64,000 nt of DNA, taken from positions 198,932 through 262,931 of the forward strand of contig JAFXTN010000011.1 in the NCBI GenBank assembly GCA_017535785.1, in the 5' to 3' direction. The translations under genes were made by a program, and so were the position numbers. Of the stretch, positions 35,679 to 46,325 are shown piece by piece; the stretch's first letter is position 1; every line of letters starts with the position of its first letter. The notes under the pieces are model-generated. The model ran no database searches. It was given only the letters and a program-made list of their open reading frames with translations, and was not told the DNA's origin. This DNA is from Butyrivibrio sp. (GTDB taxonomy: Bacteria > Bacillota > Clostridia > Lachnospirales > Lachnospiraceae).

Positions 35679-37409
35679 TTAAGCGAACTGACTGTTATAC
35701 AATTCGTAGTAAAATCCCTCTTTTTTGATAAGCTCTTTATGATCGCCCTGCTCTATGATATGCCCATCCTTCATTACAAGGATAACGTCAGCTTCACGTA
35801 TCGTGGAGAGTCTGTGAGCTACGATGAAGCTTGTCCTACCGCTCATCATTTTGTTAAAAGCCTTTTGTATCCTGATCTCCGTACTTGTATCTATAGAAGA
35901 TGTAGCCTCATCAAGGATAAGCATGGGCGGAATATTTAGCATGACTCTGGTGATGCAAAGAAGCTGCTTTTGTCCCTGTGAGAGATTTCCGCCATTTTCA
36001 GAGATAACGGTATTGTATCCGTCAGGAAGTCTATTGATAAAACTGTGTGCATGTGAAGCCTTTGCCGCCGCAATTATCTCTTCATCGGTAAAACCTTCTC
36101 TTCCGAGAGTTATATTATCCTTTACAGTGCCGCTCCTAAGCCAGGTCTCCTGAAGTACCATTCCGAAGTTATTGCGAAGATCGGCTCTTTTTATATCTCT
36201 GATATCTGTTCCGTCGATACTGATCTTACCCTTATCAACATCATAGAATCTCATAAGAAGATTGATAAGCGTTGTCTTGCCGCTTCCTGTAGGTCCTACA
36301 ATAGCAACTCTCTGTCCCTTCTTGATATCAAGGTCGAGGTCTTCTATAAGACTCTTATTCTTATCATATGAAAATGCCGCATCTTGGATCACAATATTTC
36401 CTTCGGGGGCAAAAGAGCTTGGTGCATCCGCAGGATCTGCGATCTCAGGCTTTTCTTCTATAAGCGCAAATACTCTCTCTGCGCATGCCAGAGCGTTCTG
36501 AAGCTCAGTGACAACTCCGGAGATCTCGTTAAACGGTTTGGTATACTGCGTAGCATAGCTTAAAAAGATCGTAAGTCCGCCGACTGTCATCTTACCGGCG
36601 ATACAAGCAAATGCTCCGAAAAGAGCTACCGCCGCATATACGATATTGTTGATAAACCTCGTACCCGGATTTGTTATGGCAGAAACAAACACAGCTTTGA
36701 CGGAAGCATCGAAAAGCCTGTCATTTACTTCATCAAAGTCTTCCATGTTTTCATCTTCGTGTGCAAATGCCTTAACCACGGGAAGATTTCCTATCATCTC
36801 ATCTATAAAGCCCGTCTGGTCCGACCTTGCCTCACTTTGTCTTTTGAATAACTCAAAGGACTTATTTGCAATAAATCTTGCAAGAAGCAGTGACAGCGGA
36901 GTCAGCGCTACTACCACTATCGCGATCCTGAAATTAAGATAAAACATAAATACAAGAGTTCCAACGATAGTGACTATTCCGGTAAACAACTGGGAAAATC
37001 CCATAAGGAGCCCGTCAGCAAAAAGATCTACATCCGCGATTATCCTGCTGACTATATCTCCGGTCTTTACTTTGTCGAGATATTCAAACGGAAGTATCTG
37101 AAGCTTATCAAAAGCCTCTGCTCTCACATCCCTTACAACCTTAAATGTAATGGCATTGTTGGCTTTATTCATGATCCACTGAGAAACAGCCGTAATGCCA
37201 ATAACAATGAGCATCTTAAAGAGTATAAAGGACACTCCTCTGAAATCAACATTATCTTTTCTGACTATATGATCAACGGCATTACCAGCCAAAATAGGCA
37301 CATACAAAGATAAGGTCGCAGTAAGAACGGCGAGTATCATTGATAAGAAGATAAGTCCGCGATATTTTCCGGCATGCTTAAGTACTTTTTTTAGTGTGTT
37401 CTTTTTCAT
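35679..37409 (-). CDS. ABC exporter, fused permease/ATPase (heterodimer partner B)
   Basis: 576 aa. Six-TM N-terminal half, Walker A GPTGSGKTT, LSQGQKQ, ILDEATS. Confidence 0.88.
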   Translation of the reverse strand: MKKNTLKKVLKHAGKYRGLIFLSMILAVLTATLSLYVPILAGNAVDHIVRKDNVDFRGVSFILFKMLIVIGITAVSQWIMNKANNAITFKVVRDVRAEAFDKLQILPFEYLDKVKTGDIVSRIIADVDLFADGLLMGFSQLFTGIVTIVGTLVFMFYLNFRIAIVVVALTPLSLLLARFIANKSFELFKRQSEARSDQTGFIDEMIGNLPVVKAFAHEDENMEDFDEVNDRLFDASVKAVFVSAITNPGTRFINNIVYAAVALFGAFACIAGKMTVGGLTIFLSYATQYTKPFNEISGVVTELQNALACAERVFALIEEKPEIADPADAPSSFAPEGNIVIQDAAFSYDKNKSLIEDLDLDIKKGQRVAIVGPTGSGKTTLINLLMRFYDVDKGKISIDGTDIRDIKRADLRNNFGMVLQETWLRSGTVKDNITLGREGFTDEEIIAAAKASHAHSFINRLPDGYNTVISENGGNLSQGQKQLLCITRVMLNIPPMLILDEATSSIDTSTEIRIQKAFNKMMSGRTSFIVAHRLSTIREADVILVMKDGHIIEQGDHKELIKKEGFYYELYNSQFA

Positions 37410-39130
37410 ACCGCGCCCTCCTGCTTAAACTGTGAATCATAGATTTCTTTATACAGCTCGCATGAAGCAAGGAGTTCATCGTGCTTACCGATGCCTGCAA
37501 CCGCTCCGTTATCAAGAACAATGATCTTATCGCAGTCATGTACGGAAGACGTTCTCTGGGAAACAATAAACGTCGTCGGAGCATTCTTCATCTCCGAGAT
37601 AGCATGACGTAAGTTTTTGTCCGTAAGGAAATCAAGCGCTGACGCACTGTCATCAAGTATCAGTATCTCAGGCTTTTTTACGAGTGCACGAGCGATCGTA
37701 AGTCTCTGCTTCTGACCTCCGGAGAAATTCTTTCCTCCCTGTGCGACCATATGATCAAGCCCACCTTCTTTGCCCCTAACTATCTCTTCAGCCTGAGCTA
37801 TCTTAAGCGCTTCATATATCTCATCATCCGTAGCCGCCGCGTTACCCCAGCGCATGTTATCTCTGATCGATCCGTGGAAAAGAACTGCCTTCTGCGGAAC
37901 TATACCGATCCTCTCACGAAGAGCATCAAGCTTGTACTGCTTTACGTCTTTTCCGTCAATTACAACGCTTCCTTCTCTGACATCATAAAATCTGGGCAAA
38001 AGATTTATAAGCGTAGATTTACCGCTACCGGTTCCGCCTATAACACCTATCTTCTCACCTCTCTTAACTTCGAAGCTCACATGCTCAAGCGAATCCTCGC
38101 TATCACCAACATAGCGCATGCAGGCATCATTAAAAACGATATGAGTATCTGTGTTTTCGAAAACATCACAGTCTCCGTCCTTCATTGAAGACTTAAGTTC
38201 AAGAAGCTCCTGTACTCTGTTTCCGGAAGCGATCGCTTTGGTTATTGTAAGTATCAGATTAGCGAGCTTGATAAGCTCAACGAGTATCTGAGACATGTAG
38301 TTATAGAGAGCAACCACCTGTCCTCTTGATAATTCTCCGATATTGACTAAGTTCGCACTCTTATATATAAGATACGCGATCGCAAGATTAAGGATCGTAA
38401 ACGTCAAAGGATTCATAAGCGCACTGATACCACCCACCTGCTCCTGAAGCGCCATCAACTCATTATTGCTCTTATTAAATCCGTCTTTTTCTCTTTTCTC
38501 AAGGCCGAAAGCTCTGATAACTCTTACACCGGTATGATTCTCACGAGTAAGCCTAAGAAGCGTATCAAGCCCGCTCTGGATCTTGCCGTAACCCGGTATA
38601 CTAAATGCCATGATAGTTCCGACAACAGCAAATAATAAAACGATGGTTACTACAAAGATGAGCGCCTGTCTGAAATCAATGGTAAATGCCATGATCATGG
38701 CTCCGAAGACAACAAAAGGCGATCTAAGAAGGAGTCTTATCGTAAGGTTTACGCCCTGTTGAACCTGATTTACATCGCTTGTCATGCGCGTGATCATAGC
38801 AGATGTTCCGACTCTGTCCATATCGGAAAAAGAAAGGCTCTGAATATTTGCAAAAAGAGCTCTCTTTACCTTTCTTGCAAAACCGGCCGCAGCCTTAGCG
38901 GCAAAGTACTGAGCTGTTATAGCAGTAATAAAGCCCACGACACAAAGTGCGATCAAGATACCGCACATCTTCATAACGTAAACTCTGTCGCCCGTCTCTA
39001 TTCCCTTGTCGATCATAGATGCGATAACAAGCGGAACAAGCAGCTCAAAAGAAGCTTCGAGCAGCTTAAACAAGGGACCGAATATAGTCTCTTTTTTATA
39101 ATCTTTAAGATATACCAATAACTTTTTCAT
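37406..39130 (-). CDS. ABC exporter, fused permease/ATPase (heterodimer partner A)
   Basis: 574 aa. GGTGSGKST, FSGGQKQR, ILDDSAS. 4-nt overlap with the partner gene. Confidence 0.88.
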   Translation of the reverse strand: MKKLLVYLKDYKKETIFGPLFKLLEASFELLVPLVIASMIDKGIETGDRVYVMKMCGILIALCVVGFITAITAQYFAAKAAAGFARKVKRALFANIQSLSFSDMDRVGTSAMITRMTSDVNQVQQGVNLTIRLLLRSPFVVFGAMIMAFTIDFRQALIFVVTIVLLFAVVGTIMAFSIPGYGKIQSGLDTLLRLTRENHTGVRVIRAFGLEKREKDGFNKSNNELMALQEQVGGISALMNPLTFTILNLAIAYLIYKSANLVNIGELSRGQVVALYNYMSQILVELIKLANLILTITKAIASGNRVQELLELKSSMKDGDCDVFENTDTHIVFNDACMRYVGDSEDSLEHVSFEVKRGEKIGVIGGTGSGKSTLINLLPRFYDVREGSVVIDGKDVKQYKLDALRERIGIVPQKAVLFHGSIRDNMRWGNAAATDDEIYEALKIAQAEEIVRGKEGGLDHMVAQGGKNFSGGQKQRLTIARALVKKPEILILDDSASALDFLTDKNLRHAISEMKNAPTTFIVSQRTSSVHDCDKIIVLDNGAVAGIGKHDELLASCELYKEIYDSQFKQEGAV

Positions 39131-39154
39131 ACTTAAATACCAATCTATGGATTT

Positions 39155-40486
39155 TTAATAATTTATCCTAAGCCCCTTAGGATAATGATTCTTGATCATT
39201 CCTCCGGCAACCTTGCCCCAACCTATGCTGTAACCATCTGTTGTGATAAGGCACCAGCCCTTCTTTAGCTCTTTTGACACTCTCAGAGTCTGACCGTTAA
39301 GGTATGATCTGATCTCATCGGAATCAGAAGGAATATCATAGCTTTCCTTTACATCAGCATGCTTAAGAAAAAGAGCCATCGCATGATTGGGTTCAAATCT
39401 GTCTTTTATGATCTCTCCCAGATGGAGCCCGGGCCTTAACACCTTAAGTCCGTTAACAGAAGGCATATTGGAAGGAATCAGGAAAAGCTGTTTTCCGAAC
39501 ATAATAATATTCTTTGATCCCAAAAGCTTATCAAGCACGCCTGCATTAAGAGTCTCATCACAGAAGGAATAGAATGGTTTCACTGCATCCTTTTTAACAG
39601 GAACATTCTTTCCACCGGGGACATATCTGTTTCCGTCATTTACAAGCTCTCCATCTCTTTCAAGGACACATAAGAAATGACCTTCACCGTGATCCTTGTG
39701 CGGCCATAGCCTTCTTCTGTCCACTTCCTTGAAATCGGAATGACTGTTTAAAAAGCCCTCTATATTATCCTCATTCTCTTCCTTGGAAAACGTACATGTC
39801 GAATAAACCATTCGGCCACCGGGCAAAAGCATCTTAGACGCAAGATCAAGGATCTCTTTCTGCCTTGCCGCACAGGCAAGCACGTTTTCATAGCTCCATT
39901 CATCGGTTGCATTGTCGTTCTTTCTGAACATACCTTCACCGGAGCAAGGAGCATCTATAAGTATCTTGTCAAAATAGCCTTCAAAAACCTCAGATAAATG
40001 CTGCGGTGTCTCATTAAGCACCATTGCATTGGCTATTCCGAGTCTTTCGATATTAAGGGATAATATCTTGGCTCTATCTTTATTTATCTCATTAGTGACC
40101 AAGATCCCTTGTCCCTGAAGCTTACATGCTATCTGCGTTGTTTTACCGCCGGGAGCTGCGCACAGATCAAGTATCTTTTCACCCGGATGAACTTCAAGGT
40201 AAGATACGGGCGCCATGGCGCTTGGCTCCTGAATATAATAAAGCCCTGCTTCATGATAGGGGTGCTTTCCGGGAGAAGCATCCTCTACATAATAAAATCC
40301 CGTTTCTTCCCACGGGACACTGTCTGTTATATAATCCTGACCGCCGATAAAAGCGGCATCACATTTAAGCGTGTTAGCTCTAAGAGCATAATATCTCTTA
40401 TCCTCTTCAAAAGCTGTGATAAACGCATTATATTCTTCTTCACCGAGGAAGTTTTTCATCCTCTCTTTAAATTCTTGCGGTAACAA
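39155..40486 (-). CDS. NOL1/NOP2/Sun (RsmB/RsmF-like) RNA m5C methyltransferase
   Basis: 443 aa. SAM motif ILDLCAAPGGKT, then DAPCSGEG and catalytic TCT. TTG start behind a GGAGGA RBS. Confidence 0.8.
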   Translation of the reverse strand: MLPQEFKERMKNFLGEEEYNAFITAFEEDKRYYALRANTLKCDAAFIGGQDYITDSVPWEETGFYYVEDASPGKHPYHEAGLYYIQEPSAMAPVSYLEVHPGEKILDLCAAPGGKTTQIACKLQGQGILVTNEINKDRAKILSLNIERLGIANAMVLNETPQHLSEVFEGYFDKILIDAPCSGEGMFRKNDNATDEWSYENVLACAARQKEILDLASKMLLPGGRMVYSTCTFSKEENEDNIEGFLNSHSDFKEVDRRRLWPHKDHGEGHFLCVLERDGELVNDGNRYVPGGKNVPVKKDAVKPFYSFCDETLNAGVLDKLLGSKNIIMFGKQLFLIPSNMPSVNGLKVLRPGLHLGEIIKDRFEPNHAMALFLKHADVKESYDIPSDSDEIRSYLNGQTLRVSKELKKGWCLITTDGYSIGWGKVAGGMIKNHYPKGLRINY

Positions 40487-40535
40487 AGAAATCCTCCGAC
40501 TACTCTATTTGAATTGGAATTACATATTTCAGATA

Positions 40536-40565
40536 AGATAAAAAGCTGCCCGTATAAAGGCAGCT
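40536..40565 (-). terminator. terminator downstream of the DtxR-family gene
   Basis: AGCTGCC-8 nt-GGCAGCT, followed on the minus strand by TTTTTATCTT. Confidence 0.6.
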
Positions 40566-40573
40566 ATATATCA

Positions 40574-40942
40574 TTACATTTTGTGTTCTTTAATATACTT
40601 TTTGATCCCCTTAAATGTCTCGGGACTAATAATATGCTCAATCCTACATGCATCCGTCTCAGCTGTGTCAGCGTCAACGCCGGCAGTCATCATGAGGAAT
40701 TTGGTAAGATTGGTATGCTTCTCATAAACAGCCTTGGCTGTCTTGATACCGGCATCCGTAAGAACAAGTTCTCCGTCAGACTCAACTGTAAGAAGTCCGT
40801 TGTCTTTCAGTAATCCGACAGCCCTTGATACACTGGGTCTTGAAAAATTAAGCTCATTGGCAACGTCGATCGATCTGACCGAACCGTTGCGTTTCTTTAA
40901 GAGATAAATTGTCTCGATATAGTCTTCACCGGATTCATGCAT
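40574..40942 (-). CDS. DtxR/MntR-family metal-dependent transcriptional regulator
   Basis: ~122 aa from the ATG at 40942: MHESGEDYIETIYLL...VRSIDVANELNFSRPSVSRAV. The longer track ORF runs through the rny terminator hairpin. Confidence 0.8.
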   Translation of the reverse strand: MHESGEDYIETIYLLKKRNGSVRSIDVANELNFSRPSVSRAVGLLKDNGLLTVESDGELVLTDAGIKTAKAVYEKHTNLTKFLMMTAGVDADTAETDACRIEHIISPETFKGIKKYIKEHKM

Positions 40943-40966
40943 AATTTTAATCCTTTCCAAAAGAGG

Positions 40967-41003
40967 CCACTTTGCATCTCGCAAAGCAGCCTCTCCACTA
41001 CAT
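40967..41003 (-). terminator. terminator downstream of rny
   Basis: Compound hairpin GAGGC-TG-CTTTGC-gagat-GCAAAG-TG-GCCTC (minus strand), followed by TTTTGG. Confidence 0.6.
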
Positions 41004-41040
41004 TTTCAAAATTGGTGGCTAAACAAAATGTCAAACATTT

Positions 41041-42588
41041 TTATTTAGCAAAGTCTGTTGCTCTGCTCTCTCTTATGATATTAACCTTGATCTGTCCGGG
41101 ATATTCCATCTCGTCCTCGATCTTCTTTGCGATATCACGAGCCATGAGCACCATGTCTGAATCTGAAACCTGTTCAGGAACAACCATTACTCTGACTTCT
41201 CTACCTGCCTGAATAGCAAATGAGTGATCAACACCCTTAAAGCTGTTGGTGATGTCTTCAAGTTCTTTAAGTCTTGATGTGTAAGTTTCCAATGTCTCTC
41301 TTCTTGCACCGGGTCTAGCTGAAGAAATAGTATCAGCAGCCTGAACAAGAACCGCGATAAGAGACTGTGGCTCTACGTCGCCGTGGTGAGCCTCAACTGC
41401 ATTGATAACAACCTGAGATTCCTTATACTTCTTACAAATATCAACACCAAGCTGGATATGTGAGCCTTCAAGCTCATGATCAACAGCCTTACCGAGATCA
41501 TGTAAAAGTCCTGCTCTCTTTGCAACTCTAACATCGAGTCCAAGCTCGGATGCCAAAAGTCCGCAAAGCTGTGCTACTTCAACAGAATGCTTAAGACAGT
41601 TCTGTCCGTAGCTGGTTCTGAACTTCATACGTCCAAGAATCTTGATAACTTCGGGATGGAGGCCATGAACACCTGCCTCGATAGCAGCGTTCTCACCTTC
41701 CTCTTTGATCTTGGCAGCAACTTCTTTCTGTGCCTTCTCAACCATCTCCTCGATTCTCGCGGGATGGATACGTCCGTCAACGATAAGCTTCTCAAGAGCT
41801 ATACGTGCAACTTCACGACGAATAGGATCAAATCCTGAAATAACTACAGCTTCAGGTGTATCATCAATAATAAGATCAACACCGGTCATGGTCTCAAGGG
41901 TTCTGATGTTACGTCCCTCTCTACCGATGATTCTGCCCTTCATTTCATCATTGGGCAACTGAACAACAGAAATAGTAGTCTCGGAAACATGATCTGCTGA
42001 ACAACGCTGAATAGCATTAACAACAATTTCCTTAGCTCTCTTATCTGCTTCTTCCTTAGCCTCAGCTTCCATAGTCTTGATCATGACAGCTGATTCATGC
42101 TTTACATCATCTTCTACAATCTTTAAAAGATACTCTTTTGCTTGCTCGGAGGTTAAGCCAGAGATTTTTTCAAGTTCCTGTATCCTCTGTTCGTTAAGCC
42201 TCGTAACCTCTTCGTTCTTCTTGCTCAAAGCCTCTTCACGGGCATTTAAGCTTTGCTCTTTCCTTTCGATCGCTTCGGACCTTTTCTCGACGTTTTCCTC
42301 TTTCTGCTGAATACGTCTCTCAGAACGCTGAACCTCATTTCTGCGGTCTCTGACTTCCTTTTCGAGATCATTACGTGTTTTCAGTGCCTCTTCCTTTACT
42401 TCAAGAAGTTTCTCACGCTTCGTTTCTTCGGCAGTTTTGAGTGCTTCGTCAATAATTTTTCTTGCCCTTTCTTCAGCGCTACCGATCTTCCCCTCAGTAA
42501 CCTTTTTGTGATAACCGGTTGCAATAATCCAGGTTAAAATAGCTGAAAGAACAAGAGTCACTACTGCAGTAATAACAACATAGGTCAT
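41041..42588 (-). CDS. rny: ribonuclease Y
   Basis: 515 aa. N-terminal TM, coiled coil, KH ([12 protein letters not shown]) and HD (LLHDLGKA) domains. Confidence 0.95.
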   Translation of the reverse strand: MTYVVITAVVTLVLSAILTWIIATGYHKKVTEGKIGSAEERARKIIDEALKTAEETKREKLLEVKEEALKTRNDLEKEVRDRRNEVQRSERRIQQKEENVEKRSEAIERKEQSLNAREEALSKKNEEVTRLNEQRIQELEKISGLTSEQAKEYLLKIVEDDVKHESAVMIKTMEAEAKEEADKRAKEIVVNAIQRCSADHVSETTISVVQLPNDEMKGRIIGREGRNIRTLETMTGVDLIIDDTPEAVVISGFDPIRREVARIALEKLIVDGRIHPARIEEMVEKAQKEVAAKIKEEGENAAIEAGVHGLHPEVIKILGRMKFRTSYGQNCLKHSVEVAQLCGLLASELGLDVRVAKRAGLLHDLGKAVDHELEGSHIQLGVDICKKYKESQVVINAVEAHHGDVEPQSLIAVLVQAADTISSARPGARRETLETYTSRLKELEDITNSFKGVDHSFAIQAGREVRVMVVPEQVSDSDMVLMARDIAKKIEDEMEYPGQIKVNIIRESRATDFAK

Positions 42589-42682
42589 TACAGGAGCACC
42601 TCCTTATTCAATTTTCATTGTACAATATTTTGTATAGTGGGTATAAAAAACTCGCACTAATATACAATTTTACAACACTTAA

Positions 42683-42711
42683 ATTTTACATTTTATAAAT
42701 AACAGTGTCAA
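42683..42711 (-). promoter_or_regulatory. candidate rny promoter (TTGACA-17 nt-TAAAAT)
   Basis: Hexamers and spacing counted by hand on the minus strand. The leader is roughly 85-90 nt. Confidence 0.45.
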
Positions 42712-42804
42712 GGTCAAACGGCTAACCAACTTAATGTTAAACTCCTCAACCATGCAAAATAAAACGTTTTACCAATGAAAATCAAATAACGGGCTCAAAA
42801 GACA

Positions 42805-43344
42805 TTAACATGCACTGGGAATTACCTTAGAATAATTTACCTGAGTTACAGTTCCATCCTCAGCATCAAAAGTAACATAGAAATCATATTTGTCTTTAGC
42901 ATAAATAGTTGTATAATCGTCAGATTCCTCTTTAAGGCCCTGATCTTCAAGTATCTTAACAGCTTCATCCGAAGACATTCCAACATATACACCGTAAATT
43001 GAGAAATTGTCCATCTCACGGTTCATGACAACTGTATATCCATCTCCGACCTGAGCATCTCTTACCTCGATCGCACCGTCGGATAAATAATAATCATAAT
43101 TGTCATCACTGATCACAGCAGTCGTATCAAGCGCGTCTGACAGATCATCTTCAAGCTCTCCGCCATAAAACTTTGATGTCTCATCCGAAAAATCGGAAAT
43201 ATCAACTCTGGCTTCAGAATTTTCTGTTACAGTTCCCCCTGTAACAGATTGATTTTCAGTTATATTTTCACCTGATATCTCAGGACCACATGCCATAAGA
43301 AGCATAGTGCTGAGAATACAAGCAACTATAATTCCTCTTTTCAT
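42805..43344 (-). CDS. hypothetical lipoprotein
   Basis: 179 aa. Signal peptide with lipobox LMAC. Confidence 0.6.
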   Translation of the reverse strand: MKRGIIVACILSTMLLMACGPEISGENITENQSVTGGTVTENSEARVDISDFSDETSKFYGGELEDDLSDALDTTAVISDDNYDYYLSDGAIEVRDAQVGDGYTVVMNREMDNFSIYGVYVGMSSDEAVKILEDQGLKEESDDYTTIYAKDKYDFYVTFDAEDGTVTQVNYSKVIPSAC

Positions 43345-43435
43345 AATATTCTTCCTTTCAAGCGTTTATTTTGACATATCATAACACGCCGAAAGAAATT
43401 TTGCAAATTAATTAACAATTTGAACACATTTTCAA

Positions 43436-44050
43436 CTAGTACTCATCACAGCCAATAGACGATTTTACTGTATCCATTGAGTATCCCTTGCGTAACAAAA
43501 AGGCAATAATTTTCTGTTTGTCTTTATAGTCCATATCGGGATCATAATGTTTCTTGGCAAGAAGTTTCTTGATCTGATCCATCTCTGCATCTCGACAAGC
43601 CTCATCGCCGAACTCAAGCATAACTTTATCGATCACATCCTTGGATACACCTCTTACTGTAAGATCTTGCTTAATACGCATCTTACTTCTAAGCTCGATA
43701 TTATAAGCGATATAATCACGCGCATATCTCTCATCATCAAGATAATTGTATGACTTAACATAATCGATCGCTGTATTTATCATTGTTTCGGAATACATAC
43801 CCTCCGCAAGCTTATCCCTGAGCTTCTTCTCTGTATAATCCTTTTTAACAAGAAGCTCCATAGCTCTCTTGGTGGCACGCTTAGGTAAAAGAGACTGTGT
43901 AATCTCAAGATAAGTCTCTTCAGGCAGCTCTTCTCCCTCCTTTATCCCAAAACTACGAAGTTCGCCCTTGTATAATACAAAGGCGAACTCACCGTCAATG
44001 AATATTTTGTTTCTTTTTTTATCGAATTCTACAATACTTGATATTATCAC
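43436..44050 (-). CDS. recX: RecA regulator RecX
   Basis: 204 aa. Immediately downstream of recA with a 4-nt overlap. RecX-like helical repeats. Confidence 0.85.
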   Translation of the reverse strand: MIISSIVEFDKKRNKIFIDGEFAFVLYKGELRSFGIKEGEELPEETYLEITQSLLPKRATKRAMELLVKKDYTEKKLRDKLAEGMYSETMINTAIDYVKSYNYLDDERYARDYIAYNIELRSKMRIKQDLTVRGVSKDVIDKVMLEFGDEACRDAEMDQIKKLLAKKHYDPDMDYKDKQKIIAFLLRKGYSMDTVKSSIGCDEY

Positions 44051-45111
44051 TTTGAAGCCTTCGTTTTCTTAGGTGTCTCTGCTTCCTCTGACTTAGGAGC
44101 AGAAGCCTTAACATCTGACTGAAGTCCGTAATGTGCTCTTACCTTAGCCTCGATCTCATCCTTGATCTGAGGATTGTTCTCGAGATAAAGCTTAGCATTC
44201 TCTCTACCCTGTCCGATCTTCTCGACGTCATACTGATACCATGCACCACTCTTGTTTACGATATCAACATTAGCTGCAAGATCAAGGATATCACCTGTTG
44301 AAGAGATTCCCTTACCGAACATAATGTCAAACTCTGCTTCCTTGAAAGGAGGCGCGATCTTATTCTTAACTACCTTAACTCTTGTTCTGTTACCGATGTT
44401 CTCACCGTTCTGCTTGATAGCTTCAATGCGACGAACATCCATACGAACTGATGAATAGAACTTAAGAGCACGTCCACCTGTTGTAGTCTCGGGATTACCG
44501 AACATGATACCAACCTTCTCACGGAGCTGGTTGATAAATACAACAGTACAATTGGACTTACTGATAACTGCTGTAAGCTTACGAAGAGCCTGTGACATAA
44601 GTCTTGCCTGAAGACCCACATGGGAATCACCCATATCACCGTCAATCTCCGCCTTGGGAACAAGAGCTGCAACTGAATCGACAACAACTATATCAATAGC
44701 CCCGGAACGAACCATTGTCTCTGTGATCTCAAGCGCCTGCTCACCACTGTCAGGCTGTGAGATATAAAGGTTATCGATATCAACGCCTATGTTCTTGGCA
44801 TATACAGGATCAAGAGCATGCTCAGCATCAATGAATCCTGCGATTCCGCCTCTCTTCTGAACTTCTGCGATCATATGAAGGGTAACGGTAGTCTTACCAC
44901 TTGACTCAGGTCCGTATATCTCAATAATCCTTCCCTTAGGGATACCACCAAGGCCAAGTGCGATATCAAGGCTGAGTGAACCTGTGGGAATAGTCTCTAT
45001 ATTCATGGTGTCGGTAGAATCACCGAGCTTCATAACGGCTCCCTTACCAAACTGCTTCTCAATCTGTCCGAGTGCCGCATCAAGTGCTTTCTGCTTATCT
45101 TCTCTTTCCAT
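44047..45111 (-). CDS. recA: recombinase RecA
   Basis: [19 protein letters not shown]...[12 protein letters not shown] at 45111 (AAGGAG RBS); the track start at 45117 is too close to the RBS. Confidence 0.97.
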   Translation of the reverse strand: MEREDKQKALDAALGQIEKQFGKGAVMKLGDSTDTMNIETIPTGSLSLDIALGLGGIPKGRIIEIYGPESSGKTTVTLHMIAEVQKRGGIAGFIDAEHALDPVYAKNIGVDIDNLYISQPDSGEQALEITETMVRSGAIDIVVVDSVAALVPKAEIDGDMGDSHVGLQARLMSQALRKLTAVISKSNCTVVFINQLREKVGIMFGNPETTTGGRALKFYSSVRMDVRRIEAIKQNGENIGNRTRVKVVKNKIAPPFKEAEFDIMFGKGISSTGDILDLAANVDIVNKSGAWYQYDVEKIGQGRENAKLYLENNPQIKDEIEAKVRAHYGLQSDVKASAPKSEEAETPKKTKASK

Positions 45112-45126
45112 ACACATCTCCTTCTT

Positions 45127-45140
45127 AGAACATTCGTTCT
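45127..45140. promoter_or_regulatory. LexA (Cheo) box AGAAC-ATTC-GTTCT
   Basis: Perfect GAAC-N4-GTTC palindrome 16 nt upstream of the recA start. Confidence 0.75.
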
Positions 45141-45158
45141 GTATATAAATTATACTAA

Positions 45159-45170
45159 AACAAACGTTCG
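45159..45170. promoter_or_regulatory. second, imperfect LexA box CGAAC-GTTT-GTT (minus strand)
   Basis: Lies between a TTGACA hexamer (45180-45175) and a TATAAT hexamer (45154-45149) on the minus strand. Confidence 0.55.
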
Positions 45171-45194
45171 ATTATGTCAACATATTTTTTTAAA

Positions 45195-45233
45195 ATAAAA
45201 AACTAAATGAAACTTCGGCAGAAACGCCGTAAG
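45195..45233 (-). terminator. probable terminator of the J-domain gene
   Basis: CTT(A)CGGC-gtttct-GCCGAAG, followed on the minus strand by TTTCATTTAGTTTTTTATTTT. Confidence 0.45.
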
Positions 45234-45344
45234 AATCGCCCCGATAACATACAAGTCATTGCTCAAAGAAAGAACAATGACTTGTTAACCTTATCATATA
45301 TGTCTGAAATAAACAACTTAAGATTTTCTTAAGACGTAATCTCA

Positions 45345-45881
45345 TCAATTGATCATCGTAACGTTATACTGTCTGCAAAGCGCGCTGTATTCAGCATTGA
45401 TAAGCTGAACCATCTCTGCATCACCGCTGACGTTGTCCGGATGGAACATCTTCATGAGATCTTTGTAGCGTTTCTTAAGCGTAAGTGCACTGTTCACGCC
45501 TCTGAACAAAAGGTCCAGAGCATCATACTCATTTTCCCTCTGATAAGCCTTTTCACGCTCAAGTCTGACATATTCTCCTTCGAGTTTCTTTTTATCAGAA
45601 TTAAGCTGATCAAATCCGTTGTTGAGAATCTTGAGTCGTTGATCGAACAAAGCGTTTTCGTTATTGAGCTTTCTACGTGCTGTATCAAGCTTCCTCTCCG
45701 CCTCGTCTACCCGGTCCTTAAAGGATTTCTCATCGGCTTCGAGTTTGGCGTAACGCTCAGAAAGCGCGCTCTCCTGATTCTCCAGGCGAACACTCTCCTT
45801 AAAGAGCCAAAGCCTAAGCTCACTTAACTCATCCTCAGTACCGCTTAAGATAATTTCTTCAAGGTTTCTCTTTTCTTCCAT
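45345..45881 (-). CDS. coiled-coil protein with a C-terminal J-domain-like segment
   Basis: 178 aa. Long heptad-like region, then LKKRYKDLMKMFHPDNVSGDAEMVQLINAEYSAL (HPD motif). Confidence 0.6.
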   Translation of the reverse strand: MEEKRNLEEIILSGTEDELSELRLWLFKESVRLENQESALSERYAKLEADEKSFKDRVDEAERKLDTARRKLNNENALFDQRLKILNNGFDQLNSDKKKLEGEYVRLEREKAYQRENEYDALDLLFRGVNSALTLKKRYKDLMKMFHPDNVSGDAEMVQLINAEYSALCRQYNVTMIN

Positions 45882-45906
45882 AAGGGCCCCTCACCTTCTG
45901 GACGAC

Positions 45907-46305
45907 TTACTCTTCCTCACCCTCCTCGGGAAAAGCAATCTCTACTGCATCGTCATCATCCATAAAATTTTCTTTTTTGGCTGAAAAACGGTCCATAATA
46001 TCGGGCACGAGATCAAGAACCTTGGTAACAACATCCTGATTCTTGATATTAACTAGTTTGGTAGAACCATTCTTTATAACAAGAACAGCGCTCGGTGACA
46101 TCCTGGCACCGAATCCGCCTGCTCCGCCATTCTTTTTATCTGTATCGGAAGAACCTGCACCTACACCAAAAGATACGTCAACCAAAGGAAGAACGATCGT
46201 ATCCTCTACTTTTGTGGGCTCTCCGACAACTGTCTTGGTCGCAAGGATTGAATTCATACCATGAAGCAAAGACTCAACTACGCTGTTAAAATTACTCTCT
46301 CCCAT
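45907..46305 (-). CDS. ytfJ: sporulation protein YtfJ (GerW family)
   Basis: VVGEPTKVEDTIVLPLVDVSFGVGAGS...GGAGGFGARMSPSAVLVIKNG. ATG at 46305 behind a GGAGG RBS. Confidence 0.8.
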   Translation of the reverse strand: MGESNFNSVVESLLHGMNSILATKTVVGEPTKVEDTIVLPLVDVSFGVGAGSSDTDKKNGGAGGFGARMSPSAVLVIKNGSTKLVNIKNQDVVTKVLDLVPDIMDRFSAKKENFMDDDDAVEIAFPEEGEEE

Positions 46306-46325
46306 AAAAACCTCCAAGATTAAAT

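Noticed and set aside
35616-35939. 107-aa plus-strand ORF spanning the ABC-exporter terminator and 3' end
   Set aside because: It runs through a terminator hairpin and antisense to the ABC NBD. It is most likely spurious.
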